Shown here: positions 8,464 through 16,947 of the stretch, piece by piece
Layout of the letters: each line of letters begins with the position of its first letter
How positions within the stretch are numbered: the first letter of the stretch is position 1
Origin: an uncultured virus (IMG/VR IMGVR_UViG_3300043105_000062)
Lineage: Duplodnaviria > Heunggongvirae > Uroviricota > Caudoviricetes
IMG/VR virus record: IMGVR_UViG_3300043105_000062
Span: 1 to 64,000 of that record
DNA: 64,000 nucleotides
Strand: one strand, 5' to 3'
Notes under the pieces: generated by a model
What the model was told of the DNA's origin: nothing
Database searches by the model: none
Seen by the model: only the letters and a program-made list of their open reading frames with translations
Program-made: the position numbers and the translations under genes

Positions 8464-8982
8464 TTACCACGAAAAAATATTGTATGTAACGCCGACGCCA
8501 ATGTACGGTTCAATCTTAGAAGGCGTTACTCCAAGCCCAACCTGCACACCAACACCCCAGCGTTTCGCCTTATACTGGACGGCAGTGTTTGTGACTGTGT
8601 TGGTTATCGTTGTCACCGGTTGATAGATTTTGATGCTATCAAGTGAAGATTTATATCCACTTACCCAAGCCTGATACGTAGAGTCTTGATAGATTTTCTG
8701 GGTGATTGGAATTGAAACAGTTAGCGTATCAGGGAAAGCGTGTTCAGCAGATATGTACGTAGTGTCGTTAACAGGCACTTTGACAGTTTCATACCGAAGG
8801 ACTAAACTATCTTTCGGTATGGGTGTGTCAATGAATCTGATAACGGTGTCAACTTTTACGCCAGTAGTTTTCTCGACCTGAGTTGCTACTGACGACTGGT
8901 GACATTGGTTGTAAAAGAAAGCGGCTGCTCCAACCACAGCGATAGTGGTTAAGCAACCGCCCAGGAATGAGTTGAATTTCAT
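8464..8982 (-). CDS. Membrane-anchored lysis-cassette protein, possible spanin
   Basis: N-terminal TM segment; C-terminal RWGVGVQVGLG...YIGVGVTYNIFSW amphipathic beta strands; next to the endolysin. Confidence 0.55.
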   Translation of the reverse strand: MKFNSFLGGCLTTIAVVGAAAFFYNQCHQSSVATQVEKTTGVKVDTVIRFIDTPIPKDSLVLRYETVKVPVNDTTYISAEHAFPDTLTVSIPITQKIYQDSTYQAWVSGYKSSLDSIKIYQPVTTITNTVTNTAVQYKAKRWGVGVQVGLGVTPSKIEPYIGVGVTYNIFSW

Positions 8983-9179
8983 ATACCTATGGAATTATAG
9001 GGAATGTACCATTCTCGTTCTCCAAGATATGTGCCTGGGAGTTCTACCCAGCAGCCTTTGATGTCGTCAAAGTTGCCATTAATCTCAACGATTGTTGCGT
9101 TCAACCCAACTAATGCTTCCAGTCTCAAATTTGTTAGAGACACGGAAGGCAGAATGAGAATAGTGTCCCCTGGTTTCAT
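8979..9179 (-). CDS. Small hypothetical protein
   Basis: 66 aa, ATGA overlap with the downstream gene. Confidence 0.65.
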   Translation of the reverse strand: MKPGDTILILPSVSLTNLRLEALVGLNATIVEINGNFDDIKGCWVELPGTYLGEREWYIPYNSIGI

Positions 9180-9180
9180 A

Positions 9181-9570
9181 TTAATACCCTGTGGGCGGTT
9201 TACGGTTCGGGCAATTAGCTACTTCGCATTTAAGCATCTTTAGTTTGGTTAGCTCGACCGTCATTGATGCAATTTGATTATGTAGTTCTACCTTCTGATT
9301 GCGCTGATTTGATATTTCGTCAAACAGCTCATCAATTTTTGTATCCTTTTCTTTGATGGTACTGTCGTAGTCTTGTCTGGCTTTCTGTAAGCAAGCGCGT
9401 TCTTCATCATAGAGCTTCTTCCACTCCTCAGATTGCTTGGCTTCATTGTCAAGGTCTTTTGTTTGGTTATCAAGCTCCTTAGATTTGCGCTCTTGCTTTA
9501 CATAAAGCAACGACACTACGCCTGTAATGCCACCCAAACTTCCGATTATTGCTAAGATGGTTTCCAACAT
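9181..9570 (-). CDS. Holin-like protein (N-terminal TM plus coiled coil)
   Basis: MLETILAIIGSLGGITGVVSLLYV then heptad repeats; in the lysis cassette. Confidence 0.5.
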   Translation of the reverse strand: MLETILAIIGSLGGITGVVSLLYVKQERKSKELDNQTKDLDNEAKQSEEWKKLYDEERACLQKARQDYDSTIKEKDTKIDELFDEISNQRNQKVELHNQIASMTVELTKLKMLKCEVANCPNRKPPTGY

Positions 9571-9573
9571 GGC

Positions 9574-10059
9574 TTATTTCTCCGTTGCTTCTGATTTAGA
9601 CTGCTCTGGCATAATCACGTTGAAAGTAATGCCTCCTTCGCCGGCACCGTCAATGCTCAGTTTGCTTACCGATGCTTCTTTAACCGGGTAAAGGTCCATC
9701 AGAGCTTTAATACCGCTGACGGCTACACTACGGAGAGCTGCTGGGGAGAGAAGCGTGCCTCGACGGTCACGATATTCCGCAGTTGAGCACTCTTTGATAA
9801 TGCCCATCAGGTTCTCACGAAGAAAAGTCTTCATGTACTTGGCTTCTTCATAAGTTAACTCGTCAAGAGATTTCAGGTAGTCCTGAATCTCTTGGCGGGA
9901 TAACATTGTCGTAGCATGGCTTTTAGCTCTGTTTGTATGGTCGTTGAATACTTCCTGATAACATCTTGCAGCGTTGCCACCAAAGGGAGCCTCGCCGTTT
10001 GCGTAGAGGTCACAGAACAGTATTTCTTGTTCAGTGAGTTGAGTATTTTTAGCTTCCAT
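9574..10059 (-). CDS. terS: Terminase small subunit
   Basis: LTEQEILFCDLY..G...GNAARCY...A..ML....IQDYL N-terminal pattern typical of TerS. Confidence 0.75.
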   Translation of the reverse strand: MEAKNTQLTEQEILFCDLYANGEAPFGGNAARCYQEVFNDHTNRAKSHATTMLSRQEIQDYLKSLDELTYEEAKYMKTFLRENLMGIIKECSTAEYRDRRGTLLSPAALRSVAVSGIKALMDLYPVKEASVSKLSIDGAGEGGITFNVIMPEQSKSEATEK

Positions 10060-10076
10060 TGTAATTCACTATTTAA

Positions 10077-10119
10077 GTTAATGAAAAGGACGCATCAAGT
10101 ACACATCCTTTTCATTAAC
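10077..10119. repeat. 14-bp perfect inverted repeat upstream of terS
   Basis: GTTAATGAAAAGGA (10077-10090) / TCCTTTTCATTAAC (10106-10119); abuts CTATTC (minus strand, 10120-10125). Confidence 0.8.
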
Positions 10120-10132
10120 GAATAGTGGATTT

Positions 10133-10411
10133 TTACTCGGATTGTTTATTACCTTTGAGTAATTGGGTCATAATCATATCCCTAAAAAGCTGTGCTATGC
10201 CCTCACAGGCGGCTTCTACGTCCTCAACCGACTTCAGGAACTGCATGTTGAAGTTGATTTGTAGGTCATAACCTGAGATGTGAACCAGCGTTTGCTTGGT
10301 TTCGGCATTGATAACTTCACGGATGATACGGTCAGAGATTAATTTGAACTTGACCGTCGGTTCATTAACCTTGGAGTAAACTCCTTCTTGGATTTGTTCT
10401 TCTTCTGCCAT
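10133..10411 (-). CDS. Hypothetical protein
   Basis: Start reassigned to MAEEEQIQ (10411) to avoid overlap with the exonuclease. Confidence 0.65.
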   Translation of the reverse strand: MAEEEQIQEGVYSKVNEPTVKFKLISDRIIREVINAETKQTLVHISGYDLQINFNMQFLKSVEDVEAACEGIAQLFRDMIMTQLLKGNKQSE

Positions 10412-10415
10412 AGCT

Positions 10416-11192
10416 CTATATTTTGAAATGTTTACGTGACTTTTCTGCTTTAGACATAGCGAGGTCATCGCCTTCATATTCACCGCCTACGCTTCTCATG
10501 CGCTGGGTGAGAACTGCAACCACATTGGTAGTTGCGGATACGTCAGCATCGGCATCGTGAGCGTCATCCAGTTCAATGCCAAGGTTTTCGCACATGATTT
10601 CCAGCTTGTATGAGCCTACGTTAGGGTTGTGGCAAAGCGCAAGCTGACCGAGTGCAATCGTGTCGAGACAGAGCGGGTGCCAGTTTCCGTAGAAGTCTTT
10701 ATCGCCACGGAGGACTTTTTTGACTTTTTCCATCATGCCTGCATACTCCATCATTTGACAGAAGAAGCCCTCATCGAAGTACACGTGCTGACCGATAAGG
10801 AACGGCTTGAAGTTACGCGGAACTTTCGGAGTGTTGTCAACGATGAACTGATAGACTTCCTGAGCAACGACTTCAATCGGTTTGCCTTGTGTCTCCAGCA
10901 TTTCCATCGTAATAGCTGAGTATTTGAGCGCATCAGCGGTGTAGTCCATTGATTCAGGCTCATTGTCGTACACCGATTTAAGCACTTTACGTTTCTTAGT
11001 TGCGCCGGCTACTTCCTTGCGATTGTAGGGTAAGATATAGCTGACGTATGAGCCAATCTTTTCAAATGTGTCAAGACGGGTGGCGTGAATGGCAATCTGG
11101 GTGCAAGCTCCGGTTTGGCAATCCAGACTACCGGTTTCAAAGTCAAGTGTAAATGCCACCAATACGGGTGATTCTTCTTTAGGTGCTGCCAT
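10416..11192 (-). CDS. DEDDh 3'-5' exonuclease (DnaQ/epsilon-like)
   Basis: LDFETG, GQHVYFD, LDT, AHDADADV ExoI-III motifs. Confidence 0.9.
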   Translation of the reverse strand: MAAPKEESPVLVAFTLDFETGSLDCQTGACTQIAIHATRLDTFEKIGSYVSYILPYNRKEVAGATKKRKVLKSVYDNEPESMDYTADALKYSAITMEMLETQGKPIEVVAQEVYQFIVDNTPKVPRNFKPFLIGQHVYFDEGFFCQMMEYAGMMEKVKKVLRGDKDFYGNWHPLCLDTIALGQLALCHNPNVGSYKLEIMCENLGIELDDAHDADADVSATTNVVAVLTQRMRSVGGEYEGDDLAMSKAEKSRKHFKI

Positions 11193-11731
11193 TACTTTAT
11201 GATTTTTTGGAATGTTAGAAATGAATCTGCGAGGAAATCCTCGATACGAGCGTTGTTTGTGATGACATAATCATATTCGCTCTCAGGTATGCTGATACGG
11301 TCAAGGTCACGTCTTACACGCTCCTCACCTACTTGTTGCACGAGCAGGTCAGCGTCTCGTTTGATGAGCAGACTGACGATTTCAAAATCTTCAGAGAAAC
11401 GTTCTTTCAGTGTCTGCATACCTTTCTCGTCAATGACATAAGTAAGTACGCCAAGACCTGTGAACATTTCGTCTTTGATTGGCATCCAGTAATGATAGCC
11501 ACCAAACTCGGTGTAAGCGAGCATTTGGTCCTGAGATGGCATGTCCGCTTCGGTTACGAAAACATGATCTACACCATCTATCTCGTTTGCTCTCTTTGGG
11601 CGAGTTGTGTATGAAACGAGCATTTGAACGCCAAGCGTCTTTTCGATGAAGCGGGCCATTGTTGTTTTACCTGCTCCTGAAGGGCCTACAACGCATACGA
11701 TTGTGGGTCGGAAAACTATTGTCTTTGTCAT
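11192..11731 (-). CDS. gmk: Guanylate kinase-like protein
   Basis: VGPSGAGKT, VSYTTRPKR..EIDGVDHVFV. Confidence 0.88.
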   Translation of the reverse strand: MTKTIVFRPTIVCVVGPSGAGKTTMARFIEKTLGVQMLVSYTTRPKRANEIDGVDHVFVTEADMPSQDQMLAYTEFGGYHYWMPIKDEMFTGLGVLTYVIDEKGMQTLKERFSEDFEIVSLLIKRDADLLVQQVGEERVRRDLDRISIPESEYDYVITNNARIEDFLADSFLTFQKIIK

Positions 11732-13905
11732 ATTATTTCAACTAATTGGTTACGTGTCAGCATGAGATTATTATGGCCCACGTACTCGCTGTACTTGATT
11801 TGAGCCATGCAGATTATCAATTTGTTCTTCATTCCGGTCAATATGGCACGGACGTTACGGTATTCTTCGGGCCATATCACCAGCTCTGCCATGTCGTTGT
11901 TTTGCTGGAGAGTGACCTTTGCGAATGTTTCTTGCTCACCGGTCTTTTTGCTGGTGAACTTCTTTTCTTCAATCTCAACGATAGTAGCAGCAATGGCGGC
12001 TTTGCGACCGTCCTTATCATCGTTGAGGGTTTCCTTCAGAGTTGTGTAAGACGCACGTCCCTTAATTTGAGCCTTTATCTCACTGTTGTCATAAATACGC
12101 TTGTAGTCGATGGCGCCAAGTCCTGAAACTTTGATTTGTTGCTGAGACCAGAAGTAATGCTTGTTTCTCAGGTCGTCAGGAAAATCCTTTTGTTTGATTT
12201 CAAAGCCAAGTGCTTCAGCGGCTTTCTCAACGATAGCAAATCGTTCTACAACTGAGAACGCATTTTCAACTTTGTCGAAACAGCCGGCAAGAATGAGATT
12301 AAGGACGTGACGGGCATTAACCGGGCAGCGTTGAACTTCATCCTCATTGTCCGGGTCATCCCAGTATTGGTACTTCTTGAGTTTGTATTTGAAAACGCGC
12401 TCAATAAAGTTGATAATGCTGGTGAACTCGCCGTTCTTTTCTCGCTCGTTGATAATCCAGTCAACGGCTTTCGTACCAACCATTTTAATTCTGGAAAGAG
12501 ACCAGAAGATTTGATTGGTAGCGTAATCAGTATAGAAGTTCATTGCGCTCTTGTTAATATCAGGCGCAACCACTTTTGCCTCACTACAAGCTTCCATTTC
12601 TGACATGATAGGAATAAGTTCCTTATCGTCTGCCCACTCAAGCGCAACCGTATAGAAAGCGGTTGGATATTGAGCTTTCAGATATGCGCCGATGTATGAG
12701 GTCACGGCGTAGGCGGTTGCATGAGATTTGTTGAACAGATACGAACCACACGCCTCGATCTGCTGCCAGATTGCAATAGCGTCGTCAATCGGGCATCCGT
12801 TTACTTCAGCTCCTTTTAAGAACTTCTCGCGCATAGCTTGGATTTTCTCAGTCTTCTTTTTGGAAATGAATTTGACGAGCTTCACACCTTCGCCTAACGA
12901 GAAGTTGCCAACCTCACGAGCAATCTGGGCTACTTGTTCCTGGAATGAAATTAGTCCAAACGTATCCTTCAGAGCATTATAAGTTCCCCACATGTAGGTC
13001 GGTGCTACTAATCCTTTTTTGCGGTCCACATACGCTTCAGTAGAACCATTTTCCAATGTTGCCGGACGGAACAATGCGTTGGCGGCAATCAGGTCATGGA
13101 TACAAGTCGGCTGCATTTCAATAAGGAACTTTGTCATGCCTCTTGAAGAAAGCTGGAAGACGTTTTGCGTATAGCCTTGTCGAAGCAGCTCATAGGTGCG
13201 CTCATCTGAAAGGTCGCTTTCCACTACTGCTTCCATTGTGAGATTTGCGCCGTAGTGTTCGTTAACCAAGTCAAATGTCTGGTGAAGCTTAGATAATTCC
13301 TTGGTAGCCAAGCAGTCATTCTTCAGCAGTCCAAGCTCATCCAAGTCATAACCACTGTTTTCGCTGACAAGAATGTCATCGACTTTTTTAATAGGCACGA
13401 AATCAAAGCACTCAACATCTTCGCCGTCCATTTCGTCAGGAGTAACGAGAAGTGCTGAAGCGTGAACAGAACTTGAACGAGGCTGGAACATTAGCGTGCG
13501 GATACTCTCAAACAGCTGAGGGTAATCATGTACGAATTTAGCCACCTTGCGGTTGGTTGCAGCCAGCTTGAAAATATCAGTGTAAGTAGCATTGTCATCT
13601 TCAAAGATAGCTGTGAGATAGTTGACTAATGATGGGCTAATACGCATGGTACGAGCCACATCTTTAATCACTGCCTTTGCCTTCAGAGTTGTGAATGTAC
13701 CAGCTGAGAATACACGTTGCTTATTGTCGTGATTATACCGTCTTTCGATATATTCTTTAACTTCCTGACGTTTATCTGATTGAAAATCATTATCCACATC
13801 AGGAAGCGCACCGTGTTCCGCTTTCACATATCCTTGCTCAACAAAGCAGTCTAATACTTTAGCTGGCGATGAAGCATTATAGCGTTTGATCTTCGTTATC
13901 TTCAT
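11728..13905 (-). CDS. dnaE: DNA polymerase III alpha (DnaE), C-terminal half (palm/fingers/OB), 725 aa
   Basis: PDVDNDF, SVHASA, LKNDCL, ALFRP, FQEQ, YLFNKSHATAY; start reassigned to ATG 13905 (MKITKIKRY). Confidence 0.9.
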   Translation of the reverse strand: MKITKIKRYNASSPAKVLDCFVEQGYVKAEHGALPDVDNDFQSDKRQEVKEYIERRYNHDNKQRVFSAGTFTTLKAKAVIKDVARTMRISPSLVNYLTAIFEDDNATYTDIFKLAATNRKVAKFVHDYPQLFESIRTLMFQPRSSSVHASALLVTPDEMDGEDVECFDFVPIKKVDDILVSENSGYDLDELGLLKNDCLATKELSKLHQTFDLVNEHYGANLTMEAVVESDLSDERTYELLRQGYTQNVFQLSSRGMTKFLIEMQPTCIHDLIAANALFRPATLENGSTEAYVDRKKGLVAPTYMWGTYNALKDTFGLISFQEQVAQIAREVGNFSLGEGVKLVKFISKKKTEKIQAMREKFLKGAEVNGCPIDDAIAIWQQIEACGSYLFNKSHATAYAVTSYIGAYLKAQYPTAFYTVALEWADDKELIPIMSEMEACSEAKVVAPDINKSAMNFYTDYATNQIFWSLSRIKMVGTKAVDWIINEREKNGEFTSIINFIERVFKYKLKKYQYWDDPDNEDEVQRCPVNARHVLNLILAGCFDKVENAFSVVERFAIVEKAAEALGFEIKQKDFPDDLRNKHYFWSQQQIKVSGLGAIDYKRIYDNSEIKAQIKGRASYTTLKETLNDDKDGRKAAIAATIVEIEEKKFTSKKTGEQETFAKVTLQQNNDMAELVIWPEEYRNVRAILTGMKNKLIICMAQIKYSEYVGHNNLMLTRNQLVEII

Positions 13906-15217
13906 AACCCATATATCTACAAAGGGCGCGATATACGTCCAGATTGAACTTGTTATTATTAGCTTGGCAAGCCTTGTTGAAAGCCAGAAGCTCGTTGTCA
14001 ACTTTGATTGCTCTGCGACTGATAAAAAAGTCAGTGATGATACCGTCCATAGAAGTGCATCTACTGAGGGCGACGTAGAGCATACCCGGCGCAAACGCAT
14101 AGGGACAGTGAATGATGATATTGTCAAACGTCAATCCCTGACTTTTATGGATAGTTATTGCCCAGCCTAAAGCGAGAGGAAACTGAGTGCAACTTCCTTT
14201 TTGAATAGTCTTGATTTCGTTGCCCTGCACTTTGAACTCGCGGTTGACCCATGTGTAAGGCTCGATCATAACATCAAGTCCGGAATCAAGATGAACACCG
14301 ATCTTATCTGAAGCGATACTGGTAACTGTGCCCATCGAACCGTTGTAATAGCCAAGGCTTGCGTTATTGGTTAATGTCATAACACGAGCCCCTTCACGCA
14401 ATCTCAGCTCGACGTCACACGGGGCGTTCTTAGAGCTAAAGTCATCCTTAAACTCCGCGTGGAACACATCCGTAGCCTCTCCTAACATTTGCTGGTTGAT
14501 TTCATCGGCATCCTTGCGTAATGAGCAGATATGAATATGTTGCGAAGTAAAATCTTTGCTCTTACGGCTGTCTCTCAGTTCGCTCAGGTCATCTATATCC
14601 ATAGGAAGTAACTGATACTCTCTGATACGATTAAGGATATTGACAAAACGAGTGTCTTGTTGACGGAACACCTGTGTCAATTCGATAATCTGGAAGCCAG
14701 CTTGTCTAAGAGCGAAAGAGTGGAAGAAATAGTTTCCACGATAGAACTCCTGAAGCACTTCAGCCTCTTTCTTAGTCATAACCGGAGGAAGTTGGAACAG
14801 GTCTCCAAACATGACAATCTGCACGCCACCAAAGGGAAGCTGGTTCATACGATATAAACGGAGCTTACGGTCAACGTAGTCCAATACGTCAGGGCGTACC
14901 ATACTTACCTCATCAATGATAAGGGTGTCGAGCATTTTGAAGAGTTTGAATTTGTCCGGATACAAATGCCCTTTGATTGTAGAGTATGGACCTTGCGGCT
15001 CAAATGGGATATTAAAAAGTCTATGCAAAGTCACACCGCCGGCATTGATAGCTGCAATCCCAGTTGAAGCGGCTACGACAATGTTTTTGTGGGTGTGTTC
15101 AACTATGTACTTCAGGAATGTGGTTTTCCCGGTGCCAGCCTTGCCGGTTATGAAAAGGCTGTCTGTCGTTTCTTCAATCATCTGGAAGGCACGACTCATT
15201 TCGTCTGTAAGTATCAT
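13877..15217 (-). CDS. PIF1/RecD-like SF1B helicase, between the two dnaE halves
   Basis: TGKAGTGKT, IIDEVSM, GDLFQLPPV, VFRQ, AITIHKSQGLT, YVALSR. Confidence 0.93.
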   Translation of the reverse strand: MILTDEMSRAFQMIEETTDSLFITGKAGTGKTTFLKYIVEHTHKNIVVAASTGIAAINAGGVTLHRLFNIPFEPQGPYSTIKGHLYPDKFKLFKMLDTLIIDEVSMVRPDVLDYVDRKLRLYRMNQLPFGGVQIVMFGDLFQLPPVMTKKEAEVLQEFYRGNYFFHSFALRQAGFQIIELTQVFRQQDTRFVNILNRIREYQLLPMDIDDLSELRDSRKSKDFTSQHIHICSLRKDADEINQQMLGEATDVFHAEFKDDFSSKNAPCDVELRLREGARVMTLTNNASLGYYNGSMGTVTSIASDKIGVHLDSGLDVMIEPYTWVNREFKVQGNEIKTIQKGSCTQFPLALGWAITIHKSQGLTFDNIIIHCPYAFAPGMLYVALSRCTSMDGIITDFFISRRAIKVDNELLAFNKACQANNNKFNLDVYRALCRYMGYEDNEDQTL

Positions 15218-15219
15218 AA

Positions 15220-16947
15220 TTATAACTCGTTGATTGTAAAAAGAATATCTTTGTTATCGAAGATGATGTCATCTCCTTCTTCTAACTCGTCGGCGTACAC
15301 TCTGACAGTTTCGCCGCCACGCTTTACCATGAACTCGGCATCAAAATCAACATTGATAGTTTTGCCGTTTTCAAGCGTCAAAGCGAAGAACTTTTTAGAG
15401 TCGATGTCGTTTCCAATAACCGTAGTATCTGCTGGTTGTAAACCGGCACGTTCAGGGAGCAAGAATCGCTCAAAGATGAGGTCATACTTGATAGGGTCAA
15501 TAAGCGTTATGCCCAGTAGGTAAAGTAGCAGAGAACCGGCTGCTGAACCACGACCGCAACCTACGAAAATGTTGTTGCTGCGGGCCCAGTTACAGGTGTC
15601 GTACTGGACGAGAAGATAATCCACGTTGTCAGTTGACTCAATGATATACTTCTCGTATTCCATCTGCTTACGATACTTATCCATCTGGTCTTTAGGAGCA
15701 AGCTTTTGTAAGCCTTCTTCCAACAGCTGTGTGAACATATTATGCGCTGTGCCATACTTTTCAACTTCTTCAGGAGTTAAGTCATATCGCGGCATATAGT
15801 TCCTGGTGGTATCCATGCGACCAACGGCATTGTCAGCAATCTTAAATGTGTTTTGAGCGCACTCATTAAAGATTGCAACTTCATCCCAAGTATCGCCAAA
15901 CAGAGCCTCAAACAAAGCGAAATGCTCATCAGCATCTTTGAAATACTGGTCGTCTGATTGCTCATGCGCTGCACCATCAGCTACCTTGTTGAGAATAATC
16001 TTATTCTTAGCATCGTCCTTATCAAGATAGTAGCTATCGCTAAGCAAGATAGGACGTGGCATGTTTGCGTTCTTATACCATTCGTGGAAATAAGTTTTGG
16101 TAGCCTCAAGCACTCTGATGTCAATGCGCTCAGCTTTGTATTCTGAGAGGTCCACTTGATAGAAGATAGAGTCAAACGCTTCAGTTAGCGTTGGCATCAG
16201 GTCAAGATTATCTCTCAGCGAAGTGGGCGTGTATTTGTCAAGTACAAGAGCGTTTCCTTCAGCACGGTTAAGCAACTCCTCAATGCTGATAGTCTTTTCT
16301 TCTACGTTGTCAACCATGATAGCCTTCTGTATCCTGAGAAGATTGCGGAAGCCTCGTTGAGTTTGCACATATACTTTTGCGCCAAACTTATAATCCCCGC
16401 AATCAACTGTCAGAGAATAGCCAAACACTGGCTTAATGCCGGCTGCGTCACATTCTTTCTGGAATATGAAGCAAGCCGCCATAGTGTTGTAATCACATAC
16501 GCCTAATGCGGTGTGACCAAGATATTTAGCCTTACGTATCCATTCTTCAGGCATAAAGCTACCGTTCAGCAATTCAAACGGAGTATGTACGCCCAGATGA
16601 ACGAATGGAACGTTATGCTGGAGTGGCGTGCGCTCGCCAACATACTTGAGAATATTCAGTGCAAACTCCTTGTTAACGTTGTGATAATAGAAGTTGTCAC
16701 CAAACTTGAATATGATGTATTCGATGCCGTCATTTAGCAATTCTTCAGGACGCACGAGGCTGTTAAATATCAGCTCTCCTGCTTGATCCTTTCTGAATAT
16801 TGAATTGTAGGTTGACCGCTGGGTGTCTTGGAAATACGCCTTACCAAGTTCCGGTATCTCTATGACATCAGCATCTACTTGCGAATACTGGATTTTGTTA
16901 TGCTCCAGCCAATCGTATAACTCATTAATGCGATTAGATTTTGCCAT
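15220..16947 (-). CDS. dnaE: DNA polymerase III alpha (DnaE), N-terminal half (PHP) with Hint-like C-terminal tail
   Basis: HLGVHTPFELLNG, GIKPVFG, GRGSAAGSLLLYLLGIT.IDPIKYDLIFERFLLPER, then 75 extra residues. Confidence 0.9.
   Translation of the reverse strand: MAKSNRINELYDWLEHNKIQYSQVDADVIEIPELGKAYFQDTQRSTYNSIFRKDQAGELIFNSLVRPEELLNDGIEYIIFKFGDNFYYHNVNKEFALNILKYVGERTPLQHNVPFVHLGVHTPFELLNGSFMPEEWIRKAKYLGHTALGVCDYNTMAACFIFQKECDAAGIKPVFGYSLTVDCGDYKFGAKVYVQTQRGFRNLLRIQKAIMVDNVEEKTISIEELLNRAEGNALVLDKYTPTSLRDNLDLMPTLTEAFDSIFYQVDLSEYKAERIDIRVLEATKTYFHEWYKNANMPRPILLSDSYYLDKDDAKNKIILNKVADGAAHEQSDDQYFKDADEHFALFEALFGDTWDEVAIFNECAQNTFKIADNAVGRMDTTRNYMPRYDLTPEEVEKYGTAHNMFTQLLEEGLQKLAPKDQMDKYRKQMEYEKYIIESTDNVDYLLVQYDTCNWARSNNIFVGCGRGSAAGSLLLYLLGITLIDPIKYDLIFERFLLPERAGLQPADTTVIGNDIDSKKFFALTLENGKTINVDFDAEFMVKRGGETVRVYADELEEGDDIIFDNKDILFTINEL

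Noticed and set aside
13906..14127. 74-aa N-terminal extension of the dnaE C-half in the ORF track
   Set aside because: Lies within the helicase gene in another frame and has no polymerase-like sequence; ATG 13905 is the more plausible start
13877..15447. Self-splicing intron or frameshift joining the dnaE halves
   Set aside because: The gap is fully occupied by an intact helicase ORF, leaving no room for intron RNA structure, and each half has its own start and stop
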